63,472 bases of DNA, filler included, from Octopus bimaculoides (GCF_001194135.2; 4 parts of 3 records of this genome joined end to end with filler, not necessarily neighbours in it), one strand, 5' to 3'; counted from the whole stretch's first letter, positions 25,539 through 40,101 are shown. Notes: generated by a model from the sequence alone, not told the origin. Made by a program: numbers and translations.

Positions 25539-27179
25539 ATATATGGGTGTCAAATCCAATATAAATTGCAGATCTGACTCAGGGTTGGTTCCAGGTGTGG
25601 CACAGGTATAAGGAGAATAACACAAACATCATTTGTGTTATTCTTCATATTTTATCATCATCATCGTCGTCATCATCATCATCATCATCACCATCACCAT
25701 TTAACATCCATTGAACATATATGTGCGTGTTCGCTCATGTGTGTATGTGTGCATGTATATATGTGTATATATGTATATATGTGTTTTACGTTTGTGTTAG
25801 TGTGTGTGTGTGTATGTGTGTGCATGTATGCATGCATGTGTGTATGTATAGCTAATGGTTTATCACTGATTTCTCTTTGCTGACATCAATTGACTGGTTT
25901 TGAATTGCCCATTTTTTTCTTTCTTACTTTCTTTTTTCTTTTTCCTATGCTGATCCTGTTGATGACGATGATGATAATGATGATGATAATGTTACAATTA
26001 TAACTTAATAGGATTAGAGAGAACCATATTGAAACATTTGTATCTGCCAGCCCTCCGGACATTGTGCTATTTTCATGTTTAGTTTCTCTGAGTCGTTCCT
26101 TTTTAGAGGACAAACTGAAGCATTTTGTCAAAATGTTGGTTAGGACTATTTATGATAGAATAATTACAGAGCATATCCACGCGGCCATTCCATATTGATA
26201 AAATCGATTTCTGTTGTTAAGGTTTTGCTCAAAGCTGTTTCTTGTATCGGGGGTGGGGTGGGAGGGTGTATGATTTTGTTGTTGTTGTTGTTGCTGTTGC
26301 TTAGCACCAGGTCAGTCCTGACCAAGCAGACCTATGATCAAAACCATTTAAGCTGTGGTCATCCTCTCTTTCATCATCATCATCATCATCATCAACAACA
26401 ACAACAACAACAACATCGTCATCGTCATCATCATCACCACCACCACCACCATCACCATCACCATCATCATCATCATCATCATCATCATTTAGCGTCTGTT
26501 TTCTGTGCTGGCATGGGTGGGACAGCTTGATAGGAACTGGCTAGTCGGAGGACTATACTGTGCCCCAGTGTCTGTTTTGGCATGGTTTCTCGATATTGCT
26601 CCAATCTGGCCAGCCCCAAGGAAAAACTAAGCTAAGAGCATTAGATTCCTTGGAAGAAAGCAGCGAATGTATGCAAAAACAAGGATGGAGAAAACTAACA
26701 ATGTTACACAAATACAGTAGTACAAATAAAGTAAGAATAATAACAGGACAAAACAACAGATGTGTTTCGACTAAGGACAAATTAAATTAAGCTGCCGTGT
26801 ATGGAAGTAAGGCCTTACGGCAGGGGTACAAGATTTCACAGGCACAGGGAGGAATAACGATGTTGCACGTTCGACGGCCGCCCATGAGAGAAAGGTCAAG
26901 CTTGGCCAAACACTGGTCACGTGGGAAGAGAAGATAGAGGTAGAGGCAGAGGGACAAAAGAATTAAGGAGGGGGCGAGAAAAATGACAGGGACACAGTGA
27001 AGTGAAAAATGGAGGGAGAAGAGAAGGCAAGGAATTTTTGTATACATTCGCTGCTTTCTTCCAGTGTTCTACGATACTTCTTGTTAATTTAATTTAATAA
27101 AAAACAAAATTTCTTGGGTCTTTGTGGAGTTGTATAAAGATTAGCAGTTTTGTTTTTAAATCTGCATTGCCTGTCAGGC

Positions 27180-27623
27180 AGCACTGGCATTGAGTGTGCT
27201 TGAATGGTGCTTTTCATGTACCACTGGCACAGGTGCCAGTCAGGCAGCACTGGTATCGGTCACAAATATAAAGTGAAATTGTAGTTGTGGATGATGCCAG
27301 TGCCGACTGACTGGTACCCATGCTGGTGGCATGTAAAAAGCACCATCCAAACATGGGCGATGCCAGTGCTGCCTGACTGGCACCTGTGCCACCAGCACAT
27401 AAAAGCACCATTCGAGCGTGATTGATGCCAGTGCTACTGTCAGGCTCCTGTAAAAGCCCCTACTACACACTTGGAGTGGTTGACATTATGAAGCATATCC
27501 AACTGTAGAAACCTTGTCAGATGAGATTGGAGCCTGGTGCAGGCTTCTACTTGGCCAGTTCCTGTTAAACCGTCCAACCCATGCCAGCATAGGAAGCAGA
27601 TGTTAAACGATGATGATGATGAT
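27180..27623 (+). mobile_element. SINE-like element with a GGAAGGGCATCCAGC body, internal tandem subrepeats and a (GAT)n tail (family also at 17703, 20646, 22704, 28923, 32945, 36636, 45781, 47888-48268)
   Basis: The shared 3' end ...CCATGCTAGCATGGAAAGCGGACGTTAAACGATGATGATG recurs in both orientations. Confidence 0.8.
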
Positions 27624-27638
27624 ACCATAATTTTTCAG

Positions 27639-27790
27639 GAACTTGATACTTTGCAACTTTATCCCTATGAAATCATTCCTAAAAAACTGTATTTGAGTAA
27701 GAACTCTTTGGCCAGCCAACCTTATGTCATCAAAGATTTGAAACTCACAGCCTTCCTCAACTGTACAGAAGATGTTCTGCCAATGCCGCA
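27639..27790 (+). CDS. STYXL1: STYXL1 exon, ELDTLQLYPYEIIPKKLYLSKNSLASQPYVIKDLKLTAFLNCTEDVLPMP (start of the DSP domain)
   Basis: tttttcag acceptor and CA|gtaagt donor. Matches human ELDAFQPYPIEIVPGKVF...KDLKIKAHVN. Phase 0 in, phase 2 out. Confidence 0.93.
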
Positions 27791-30700
27791 GTAAGTAAAT
27801 TAGCCAATAAATATGTCAACTTCTTTACTTCCATTATTTTTTCAGTTTTTTGTTTGTTTGTTTTTTTAGCCATTAAACCTTCTTCTTGCCCAGCTCGAAC
27901 TGGTTACTAGGTACCAGGACTGCAGTGTTGTTAGACATTAGTAGAAGGACTGATTAAAACTTTTCATACCAACCCACTTGAGACCACCACTACCACCTCT
28001 TCAGTTCTACGACACAAACTTCCTGTTTTATTGTGATCTAAATGAACTTTTCCATCAAAATTTTATTGTAATCTGTTCTAAAGACCAGCTTAATAACAAC
28101 AAAGTTATTTTACTAAATGTTCTTCCTTCTCATCAAAACTGAGACAAAAGCAGTGTAGTTTCAATAGAAATTTCGTAACAAAAGGTTTAAACCCTCATCA
28201 ATCAGCCATTGTTGATGTTGTTATGTGTGTTGACTTCATTCATTCTGTTTGTGCAACAATAGCAATTTCTCTCTCTCAATATGAGGGAGATGAATATCGT
28301 TTGTGATAAACGGCACCTTTAAATAAATTTTTTTTTAATATTCATATTTGAAATAGTTTTCATTTTCCTTTTTTAAATTTTTAAAATTTTAGTCGATATG
28401 TAGAGGGAGGCTGTAATTGACTTTTGTTCATAACGAGTCTTTTATGCACATTAGAATAATATTTTACATTGATGGTCACCCCACCCCCTGAGCTAGCAAG
28501 TTGTCTCTCTCCTTCTCTACCATCATACATCTTTCACTCCCTCCATTCACTGCATCAGCCGCTCCCTTTTTCCCTTGTTGCAGCCTGCCCAGCCACATGT
28601 CCTCTCTCTCTCTCTTATCCTTTCCCTCTCTACAGTGTCAACGTTGTTACTCTGCTGCTCTTCACCTCCCCGTGCATCATTGGTCACTATCCACCCTTTA
28701 GCCACCATTCACTACACCCATTCCTCAACTCTACCCAATCTCTGCTTCTTTGACCCCACTATTTACCATCCCTCAGCACTTTTTCTTTCATTCATTGTAT
28801 TCACCCCTCAACATTCCCCCATCTCACACTCCCCATACACTCTGGCATTACTGACCCACACTCCTGGTTCTTCTGTCCCCAATCACTTCTACTCACCTCA
28901 TACCTCAAGGGTCCTTCCATTCATCATCATCATCATCATCGTTGTCGTTTAACATCTGTTTTCCATGCTGGCATGGGTTGGATGGTTCTACTGGGATCTG
29001 GGAAGCCAGGAAGCTGCCCCAGACTCCAGTCTGATCTGGCAGCGTTTCTACAGCTGGATGCCCTTCCTAACGCCAACCACTCCGGTGCTTTTTACGTGCC
29101 ACTTGTACAGGGGCCAGAGGAAGCTGGCAACGGCCATGATTGGTTGGTGCTTTTTACGTGCTACCGGCACCGAAGCCAGTCAAGGCGGCGCTGGCATCGG
29201 CAACGTTCAGATGGTGCTTTTTATGTGCCACCGACATGGGTATCACAACTACAATTTCCATTTGATTTTTTATTTTGATGTTGATGTACTTGACTCAAGG
29301 TCTCCTGAAGCACAGCAGGTTGCCCTACGTTCTCTATCTAAAAATGTGAGTAGCCATGTAACTCCTCCACAGCAAAAAAACCTGTTCTGTTCTGCTCTGG
29401 CGCTCTCTTTTATGCCTGTCATTTAGCACGAAACAACCCCCACCAGAGTTAATAGTCTTGCAAACTGTATGGTGACCTCACTAGTACTGGTAGTAGGAAA
29501 AATGCACTTTTTCCCTTTTTTTTCTTTTATTTGTTTCAGTCGTTTGACTGTGGCCATGCTGGAGCACCATCTTTAGTCGAACAAATCGACCCCAGGACTT
29601 ATTCTTTGTAAGCTTAGTACTTATTCTATTGGTTCCTTTTGCTGAACCGCTATGCTACAGGGACGTAAACACACAAGCATCGGTTGTCAAGCGATGTTGT
29701 GGGGGACAAACACAGGCACACAAACATATACACACATATACATATACATATATATATATATATANNNNNNNNNNNNNNNNNNNNNNNNNNNNNNNNNNNN
29801 NNNNNNNNNNNNNNNNNNNNNNNNNNNNNNNNNNNNNNNNNNNNNNNNNNNNNNNNNNNNNNNNNNNNNNNNNNNNNNNNNNNNNNNNNNNNNNNNNNNN
29901 NNNNNNNNNNNNNNNNNNNNNNNNNNNNNNNNNNNNNNNNNNNNNNNNNNNNNNNNNNNNNNNNNNNNNNNNNNNNNNNNNNNNNNNNNNNNNNNNNNNN
30001 NNNNNNNNNNNNNNNNNNNNNNNNNNNNNNNNNNNNNNNNNNNNNNNNNNNNNNNNNNNNNNNNNNNNNNNNNNNNNNNNNNNNNNNNNNNNNNNNNNNN
30101 NNNNNNNNNNNNNNNNNNNNNNNNNNNNNNNNNNNNNNNNNNNNNNNNNNNNNNNNNNNNNNNNNNNNNNNNNNNNNNNNNNNNNNNNNNNNNNNNNNNN
30201 NNNNNNNNNNNNNNNNNNNNNNNNNNNNNNNNNNNNNNNNNNNNNNNNNNNNNNNNNNNNNNNNNNNNNNNNNNNNNNNNNNNNNNNNNNNNNNNNNNNN
30301 NNNNNNNNNNNNNNNNNNNNNNNNNNNNNNNNNNNNNNNNNNNNNNNNNNNNNNNNNNNNNNNNNNNNNNNNNNNNNNNNNNNNNNNNNNNNNNNNNNNN
30401 NNNNNNNNNNNNNNNNNNNNNNNNNNNNNNNNNNNNNNNNNNNNNNNNNNNNNNNNNNNNNNNNNNNNNNNNNNNNNNNNNNNNNNNNNNNNNNNNNNNN
30501 NNNNNNNNNNNNNNNNNNNAAGAGGAGGAAGAAGAAGAAGAGGGGGAGGAAGAAGAAGAAGAAGAAGAGGAGGCGGAAGAAGAAGAAGAAGAAGAAGAAG
30601 AAGAAGAAGAAGAAGAAGAAAAAGAAGAAGAAGAAGAAGAAAAAGAAGAAGAAGAAGAAGAAAAAGAAGAAGAAGATGATGATGATATGATTTGATTTTC

Positions 30701-31717
30701 TTCCCGTATCTACAACAAAGTGTAAATTTGAATTGGTTCAAGCCAGAAATTGATTGCATTTTCTTTAAATGGCTCCTGTGGAAGGTTTTTCTGTTTTCGC
30801 CAGTTTATTCTGTATCTTCTGAAATATCTGATGTCAATGGGCTATTATTGATGGCTGTTATGAATCGACATTTGTTGAGATTGTCTCTGCATGTTTGAAC
30901 TTGTTTTTGCTTATCTGAGCTTCATGTGACCTATTTGTATCTTAGAAACATGCATCATATCATGTAACCCTTCACTTACGAAGCATTGAAAGCAGGTCAA
31001 GGACCCTAAGTTTTACTTAGATGCAGGTGATCCTTTAAATGGCATTGGCACTCCATCACTTACGACGATGAGGGTTCCAGTTGATCTGATCAACGGAACA
31101 GCCTGCTCATGAAATTAAAGTGCAAGTGGCTGAGTACTCCATAGACACACATACCCTTAACATAGTTCTTTGGGAGATTCTACTTGTTTTATGTTCAAAC
31201 CAGCCAGATGTGACCTCTCACACCTATCCTATAATGTCATTCTAAAAATATACAACCACACCATGGAAATCTTAAAGCTATGAGATAATGCATGGTTAAT
31301 TCCAGACAATTTGAGTCAATAAGCATTACAATCTGAATGCTAAAAAGCTAAAGAATTTCAAAAGAGCAGTTATGATTTTATGTTTTTGTATTATTTCAAA
31401 AATAACATTAGCTTTTTTTTTTTAAACTTGAAACTGAAATCAAAGTTTTCATCAATAATCCCAAAGAAATATTTTGTTTTCTATGGTAGTTTCAATGATA
31501 TGATTCTTCCAAGTGGTTGGGAAGCAAACTTCTTAACCACAGAGCTATACCTGTGTGTACATGCATGCGCATACACATGCATGCACACATATAAGGCACA
31601 GTGTTTAGTATTTCACCACTTCAAATAGCTCCTCTCTATAATAATTGTTAACCATTTGCAAATATTTTTTTTAATTCTTCTTCGCTGCTAAACCCTGGGA
31701 TTTCTTTCTGTTTTCAG

Positions 31718-31803
31718 AATCCAACATGTCTACCATGTTCCAGAAACTGACAGTGACACAACAAACCTGTATAAATATTTTCAAGAGTGTTGTGAGTTCA
31801 TAG
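31718..31803 (+). CDS. STYXL1: STYXL1 exon, (Q)IQHVYHVPETDSDTTNLYKYFQECCEFI
   Basis: ttttcag acceptor and G|gttagt donor. Phase 2 in and phase 1 out match both neighbours. Corresponds to the DSP D-loop region. Confidence 0.88.
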
Positions 31804-32208
31804 GTTAGTGACAGCTTATTGATCAATTGATTTCTTTCTTTTGCATTTACTTCTGCTTTGACTTTCTCAAATAAAAAATGGTTGAAATGTGACTGAAATT
31901 AGATGCTACCCCTCCACCATCTCTCATTTATCTTATCTATTTATTTATTTATTTAATTTACATCACATTTAATGAACAATTCCATCAATGATTACAGGAA
32001 TCTGATTAGTAAGGATTTACTGCATTTCTGACCGTAAGAGTAACAAAGGATTGTTGGTGCAACTTGGATGGAACAGAAATCACACAGAATATTTTTATCC
32101 AACAGGACTACTTTCGGAGTGGAGGTGGGTGGGGTAAGAGAGGTAGATTCTCAGAAATGTTTACATCTTCTGCTGATATGCTTCAGTGGAAGGTATACAC
32201 ACATACTC

Positions 32209-32314
<106 letters not shown>

Positions 32315-33193
32315 CTGGGAAAATACTAGCCATCATTCAATTTGGCCTTTGTTCAACCGCCATATACCTGTTAACTGTAATACTATAGGCTATACATTAC
32401 AGAACAACCTAAACAGCTAAAATACTTTCTGATTGGCCAAGATCTACTACAGATCTACTACATGTCGAAATTGGTGCCAAAATGTAAACCAATGTAGCAA
32501 AAAGCACAATTCGACTTGACTCTATTGATCAGTTGTAACTAATCAATCAGAAACCTTTACACTGCAATTTTACTTTGGAACATACCAAAGATGATATAAA
32601 CCAGTGTTTATTTGGCTTCACGGTCAAAGAGCTGATATCTTCACTGATCAAAGGGCACCCAACCATGGAGAATCTGTCTCAGCATATTCCAGCTGAACCA
32701 TGAAAGCATAGAAGAGGGGATGATTAAAATGATAATGATGATTATAGTAATGATCACCCATGCATGCATGCATGCACGCACACATACTGTCATATGACAA
32801 AAACATATTTCCTGTCATAATTTCTTGTCAAATAATAATTTATTTAGAAATATTTCTTTGTAACCATTTCATTACCATCAGTGCCAAGGGAGATTTATTC
32901 AATTGAACAGAAAAATGATTGTTTATGGCATAGTTTCATCATCCTCATCATCGTTTAACGTCCACCTTCCATGCTAGCATGGGCTGGATGATTTGACTGA
33001 GGACTGGCAAACTAGATGGCTACACCAGGCTCCAATCTGATTTGGCAGAGTTTCTACAGCTGGATGCCCTTCCTAACGTCAGGATGCCCTAGATAAATTA
33101 AATGGGAATTAAGCTACAAGTGTTTAAATCAACATTGTATTTAATTCTTTTTTCTAAGAAATTAATTTATCTTTTTTTTTTGTTTCTTTACAG

Positions 33194-33294
33194 ATGTAAA
33201 TGAAACCATCCTTGCTTTTTCTGTTTTGGGAATTAGTCGCAGCACAACAATTTTGGTGGCATACATCATGTACAGTAGAAAGGTGTCCCTTGGG
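33194..33294 (+). CDS. STYXL1: STYXL1 exon, (D)VNETILAFSVLGISRSTTILVAYIMYSRKVSLG (pseudo-active site)
   Basis: ctttacag acceptor and GGG|gtaagt donor. FSVLGISRS corresponds to human FSTQGISRS. Confidence 0.93.
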
Positions 33295-36200
33295 GTAAGT
33301 ACAAAATGTTCACAAAGACATATAGTGAATAGCAATAAGACAGTTCTGTAACTCACCATCTCTTGCTTTGGATAACTTGTAATCAAAACCCTCAAAGTCA
33401 CTTCATCTTAGACCATATAAATGTTGTCAGTGCCATCTTAAGGCACAGACACCCTGGGCACTTTTCTGGGGTCCTCATGTGGTTTGCTGTTAATAAATAC
33501 CATAAGGCCCAGTGTATTGATCTTCCAGGGTGCGCCTATAAGGCTGCTAAGACAACCCTGATTGTTGTTGATCTCTTCTAGTGTTTCCACACACATAATA
33601 TAACTAAAACTGCTTTCCAAAAAATAGCCTTCTACTTTAAAGTCAGAATTTACTTGAAGCTCTGAACAGCTATTGAGGCTATAAAAAGCTTGAATGAGAC
33701 CCACAATGGTGTACTGTTCCTCCATCAATGGTGGAATAGCTGCTTCAAATTTCCCAAACTGCATATCTAAAGCCAAAGTCATCCTGGTAAATTCTTACTC
33801 ACCAACACTGTAACTTTTGGCTCACAGACTAGCTTTTTCCTCATTCTGCTACTACTACAACAGCTTGTACTCGGAATTAGTTGTATCATGCCTACCTAAA
33901 CGCTAACTCTAACCTTATCTCTTGTCATCATCTTCAGGCACTACAGCCTTTCTTCCTCCCCACAAAATTAACCTTCAGGAATGTCTTTCTGGCCCATATT
34001 TTCTTTTTAGATGTCAGGTTACAGATATTAAAACAAAACCTCAATTGAACCAATCTCACTAGTCTTAGAAGGCCCGCAAAGAGCAACAATTATGTTCCTT
34101 CTTCCAAACACATCATCATCAAAATCATAATCCTTCTGATCATCACCATTAATTAATGTCATCATTAATTATGCATCAGAATCATGTAATTATATATTTA
34201 ATGGTGTTTATCTCAAAGAAACAGCTGTTGAACACAAAATATGAACTAGATGTCAAATTTATGCTCTTCTGCTTTTTCACCCTTGCACATCATTCACTAC
34301 ATTCACTTCTACCCTACTCTAACCACCTGTTGCTCTTCTTTCAAACTGATGAATCTGTCCCTCCACCCTTCCCAATCCTGTCTATACTCTCTCTTACACT
34401 CACCTTCTTGTACCTTGAAAGTATTCTCTGACATCTTGTTATCTCCATTGTTGTCTTATTTTCAGTTATCCCCACCCACTCTTATATAATGCCAAGTAGC
34501 CATATAACTCCTCTGTAGTGAGACGCCTGTCCATCTCCCTCTATCATACTTTAACCTTTCAACAGCTGGCCTCACCCCTCTCCCACTACAAACCCATTCA
34601 GTCGACGGGATTTCTCCCCACCACTCCCTCTCTTTGTCTTGCAAGTTACTTGGCAACCAGAAAAAAGCACCCAGTACACCCTGTAAAGTGGTTCAGATTA
34701 GGAAGAGCATCCGGCCCCAGAAATCATGCCAGAACAGGGGTTGAAGCTTAATACAGTCCTCTGGTTTTGTTGGATCCTGTTGGCATTTAATGTTCATCTT
34801 CCATGCCAGCATGGGAGATGGACATTAAACGAGACTGCTGCTGCTGCAAAAGAAAGTCAACTGTGGTTTCTTTGTTGTGATTAGTTAATTATAAATCCAA
34901 ATATCAACAGAAGATTGTCCATATGTAGATGTAATATATATTGACAAGTAAACAACAAGATACTTCTACTTTTAATACCACCACATTTTCTCATCTCTTT
35001 CTCTCCCCCTCTTAATTCTATTTCTTTTTCTGTCTCTCTCTTCATTTCTTCAGTCCTTGTCTTTCTATCCAACTAATTTAGCTGAATTAGAACGTCAAGC
35101 AAATTTTTATCTTATAATTTTGTGATCTTGCGATGTAAACACAATAAACTGCAGGAAATTACTTCCCCTTTATACGAACATAAATAGACTTTTAGATAAT
35201 TAATAGCAACAGAAGCAGTCTTTATACCAAAACACTTTAGATTTTTTGTATTTTTACGGTTGTAGCTTCTGTCTTTCTCTTTCTTGCTTCATTTCATATT
35301 CATTCTTATTGTGCTCTTTTACTTTTTTATAGGTGTAGGTGTGGCTGTGTGGTAAGAAGCCTGCTTCCCAACCATGTGGTTCTGGGTTCAGACCTATTGT
35401 GTGGCATCTTGGCACACACACATACACACACACGTGCACCCACATTTTAAGGTGGTTGGCATTAGGAAGGGCATCCAGCCATAAAAAGCATGCCAAGGCT
35501 GAAAGGAAAGTTTGGTGTATTCCTCGGGTTTGCTAATTCCTATCAAATTGTCCAGTTCATGTCAGAATGGAAAACAGACCTTAAATGATGATGTAATATA
35601 TATTCTTTTATTCTTTTACTTGTTTCAGTCATTTGATTGGGGCCATGCTGGAGCACCACCTTGAAAGGTTTTAGTCAAACAAATCGACCCCAGGACTTAT
35701 TTTTTAAGTCTAGTATTTATCCTCTCAGTCTGTTTTGCTGAAGCACTAAGTTACGGGGATGTAAACACACCAAACACTGGTGATGGTGGTGGTGGTGGTG
35801 GTGGGGAAACATTGACACAAAGACACACGCACACACATATATATCATCATCATCATCATCATTTAACATCCATCTTCCATGCATCCAGGGGTAGGATGGT
35901 TGACAGGAGTCAGCCAGGTAGAAAAACTACCCAAGGCTACCGTGTCTGTTTTGGCAGGGATTTTATGGCTGGATGACCTCCCTAACAGCAACCACCCTGC
36001 AGTGTGGACTCAGTGCTTTTTATGTGGCACTAGCACAGGTGAGGTTAGTTTTGGCACAATTTTTACAGCTGGATGCTCTTCCAGACACCAACCATTTTAC
36101 AGTGTGTGCTGGATGCTTTTAACGCGTGTATATATATATATATATGTATATATGCAACTGGCTTATTTCATCATTGTTTAACGTCCGTTTTCCATGCTGG

Positions 36201-36959
36201 CATGGGTTGGACGGTTTGATTGGGGATGGGCAAGCTAGGAGGCCGGGCTTCTTTCAGTTTCCGTCTACCAAATCCATTCACAAGGCTTTGGTCAGCCCGA
36301 GGCTATTGTAGAAGACACTTGCCCAAGGTGCCATGCACTGGGACTGAACCCAGAACCATGTGGTTGGGAAGCAAGCTACTTACTGCACAGCTGTGCCTGT
36401 GACTACAAAAATTAAAACATTTTGTGTATTGTAGAAGTATAACCAATTTCTTGCATATAAGGTGCAGATGTGGCTGTGTGGTAAGAAATTTGCTTCCCAA
36501 CCATATGGTTCTGGGTTCAAGTGGCACCTTGAGCAAATGTCTTCTACTATAGTCTCATGCCGACCAAAGTCTTCTGAGTGGATTTGGTAGACGGAAACTG
36601 AAAGAAACCCATTGTATATATGAATATATATATCATCATCATCATTTAACGTCCGCTTTCCATGCTAGCATGGGTTGGACGATTTGACTGAGGACTGGTG
36701 AAACCGGATGGCAACACCAGGCTCCAGTCTGATTTGGCAGAGTTTCTACAGCTGGATGCCCTTCCTAACGCCAACCACTCAGAGAGTGTAGTGGGTGCTT
36801 TTACGTGTCACCCGCACGAAAACGGCCACGCTCGAAATGGTGTCTTTTATGNNNNNNNNNNNNNNNNNNNNNNNNNNNNNNNNNNNNNNNNNNNNTTAAT
36901 TAATTAANNNNNNNNNNNNNNNNNNNNNNNNNNNNNNNNNNNNNNNNNNNNTTCTGGCA

Positions 36960-37690
36960 TACACTGTATTCAAAGGTGTGCACAGACATATAGCCAGAAT
37001 AGTTGGTGGGGGTTTGTTTTCCATGCGTTCACAGATGAGATTTGAGGCCAGCAAAAGACAGGCATGGTCTATCACAGGCTGTGCACACAAAAAGGTCATT
37101 GTCATTCACCTTCTCGATTGTTATATTCTTCCTTAGATCTCTTTTGAGTCTTACTTGTGTTATCCTGGCCTCTTCAAATGCTTTCACTCTGCTCCACACC
37201 TTTGTTCGCCATCCAACTCGATCTGAAGCAAGGGTTTCTATATCTTTTGGAACCATTCCAAGTGACTTCATAGTAGTCCTTATGCTGTCCATAAACCTTT
37301 TTTAAGTTTACATCGATAGCGTTTCCCATCTGCAAGTTCACCATAAAACAGCTGTTTCGGCATGCATTCATCTGGCATTTGAACAATATGGTCACACCAA
37401 TTGGTTCCTCAAAATCATTGCTTTAATTAAGGTGATTGCCTGCAGATGCAAGGACATCTATGTTTGGAGTAAAAACACTCCATTTAATTTTTAAAACGCG
37501 ATGAAGGCATTTTTGGTGGAATTGTTCTAACAGTTTAAAATGTCTTTCATAACATGTCCATCTTTTAGAATAATACAATAGGGATGGTAACACAAATGAT
37601 TTGCATAGAGCCAGCTTTGTATTCTTATTTATATGTCGCTGGCACCAAACGCATGACTCCAAGTCGCCGAATGCTTTTGCTGCCCTTTGA
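36960..37690 (-). mobile_element. RTE-clade LINE 3' fragment, decayed
   Basis: VLPSLLYYSKRW...LEQFHQKCLHRVLKIKWS, then WRTKVWSRVKAFEEAR...FVCTACDRPCLSFAGLKSHL. Confidence 0.85.
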
Positions 37691-39604
37691 ATTCGCAGCT
37701 GTATTTCTGTATCAAGATTTCCATCATTTTGAACAGAGCTTCCAAGGTAGACGAACGAATCGACAACTTCACAATATATGTTTATTGTGATATATATTTT
37801 TCAGTTGAACAATTGCTTACAAGTCACCTTTTTATTTACACCTTTACCATTTATGAAATCAGTATATTTCTACGGTGATCTTATAAACTAACAAGATGAG
37901 CTGAGTTTAACCCAGGGCACTGGTGAGAGCCACTGAAGAGCGTTAATGTAAATGTGAAATCATTGGTGATCTGACGAGTTGTTTTGACTGCTATTTCTAG
38001 CAATATTGATGCTGAATAGCGCCCTCAGTCGCTTTAGTGACATACATTTTTGCCTTTCAGTCGAACAATTGCTAACAAGCCATCCTTATTATATATGTGT
38101 GTCTGTGTGTTAATGCTTACTTTTGTGTTAGATACAAAAATAAATTTAACATTAAACTGAATGATTACTCGATACTTTTCAGCAGGGTATACATTTGTTT
38201 TCTTCTGCAACGAAAATTAACTTCAATATTTCGGCTCGGTCGAACTCATCAGTCAACAATTCACTTAGGCGTTTCTGGCTCTATATCGGCTATTTTAGAT
38301 TTGTTCTGATTTCTGAGATTTTTTTTCCTTGTATTAATTGTATATGTAGATGGATGGCTCAGAAAAATTGTTTCAATGTTTTTTTTTTTCCAGCCCTTTA
38401 CATTCTGAGTTCGAGTTTCGCCGAGGTTAATTTATCATTTATATATCCTAGGTCGATAAAATAAAGTACCGGTCAAGTAACTAGAAACGAAAGTATTAAT
38501 TATTTCTTTTAAAAGTTTCTGATCTTTTCTTTAAATTAGAAACCATTATTGATTGTATAATGCTTCAGATGGTGTTTTAGCTTTCAAATGACGCCACTCT
38601 GCTGGCTAGGCGAGCAGGCCAACAGTTCCCCCCCCACCACCACCACTACCAGTACCAATCAAAAGGGGGACTGGAGCAACGACGAACAGAATGCCTTGCG
38701 GTATCTCTTTCGGTTTGTTATGTTCTGAGTTCAAATCCTACCGAGGTCAAATTTACCTTTATCACTCCAAGATGACCGCATAAATTACCAGTCAAGTATT
38801 GGGGGCTGATGGTATCGACTGCTACGGCCCTTGCTTAAAATTGCTGCTGTTGTATCTGTTTTTGGTTTCAAAGTTTGTCACAAGGCCAACAATTTTGGAA
38901 GAAGGGTGAGACGATTACATTTTTAACATCAATGATCAACTGCTACTTATTTTATCGACTCTGAAAGGATGAGAGGTAACATCAACGTCACCGGAATTTG
39001 AACTCAGAACGTGAAGCCAGACGAAATGTCGCTAAGCATATCGCCTGGTGTGCTAACAATTCTACAAGCTTAGAAATGGACGAAATGCCGTTAAGCAGTT
39101 TGTCCGGCATGACAACGGTTTTGCCAACTCACCTCCTTCCCCGTTGTAGCTTTATTAGAAGCAAAAATCAATCATATATTTATATTCTGAGTTCAAGTTC
39201 CACACAAGTCAAATAAACTTTGATCTCTTTGGCTTCGATTAAATAAATTCCAGTATTGGTGCCATATAACAAATTCTTCACTCCTCACACATTTTCTGAA
39301 TTCGCGCTTATTTTAGAAAGAATTGTTAATTTTTGACTTTTGTGGAATGTTCTGAATAGTATAGATTTGTTGCCCAGCAATGATTTCCTCTCTAGTTTTA
39401 TTTGTGTCGTGGTGTAATTCATTGCTTGTAATAGCTGCAAGAAGAGCATAATAAATCATTAGAGAAATATCATATTTATATGGCTAATACAACAGTTGGA
39501 GTCTTGTAGTATATAACTTCAATTTTTTTATCCACAAATCACACACACACACATATATACATATACATACATGCATACATATATATGCATACGTATATCT
39601 GCAT

Positions 39605-39669
<65 letters not shown>

Positions 39670-40065
39670 CATATAGATGGAACAGGGAATAGATGGAGTA
39701 GATGGAACAGGGGCAACTGAAGAAGGGAAATATTCTTTAGGTTGCATGTCTCGTTTCTCTGTTTGCTTTTTTTGTTGTTCGAAAGAAAAAAAGTTCTTTT
39801 TCTGTCTTCGTCTTTATGTTTTCGTCTTACATTGTGTTTAACATTTTTTGAGATGTCCTGTACCCATATATGCCTGTATGTATGCATATAGATGTATGGA
39901 TGTACATATATGTATGGATATATACATATATTTATATATTATTTATGTTATTTTATATATATATATATATATGGGAGAATTTACGAAAAAAACAACAACA
40001 GACGAGGACAGGTGGTGTAAACAACAAAAGGATGTATTAGTTTGACGCTCGGGAATAGAGAAAGT

Positions 40066-40101
40066 CTTTGACGTTTCGAGCCTACGCTCTTCAGCTGAAA
40101 G
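40066..40101 (-). ncRNA. Degenerate minimal hammerhead (family D)
   Basis: Minus strand CTTT-CAGCTGA-A-GAGC-GTAG-GCTC-GAAAC-GTC-AAAG. Stems I and II are perfect; the core differs from CTGANGA at two positions. Confidence 0.55.

Noticed and set aside
20064-26530. ORFs rich in HT, YI, CV, poly-His or poly-Gln (also 29629-30759, 32064-32420, 55873-57427, 62583-62862)
   Set aside because: They are translations of (CA)n, (TA)n, (CAT)n and (GAA)n microsatellites or of N runs, not genes.
33320-33900. Minus-strand 114-aa ORF (33438-33782)
   Set aside because: No splice support or recognisable motif. It is probably decayed retroelement sequence antisense in a STYXL1 intron.
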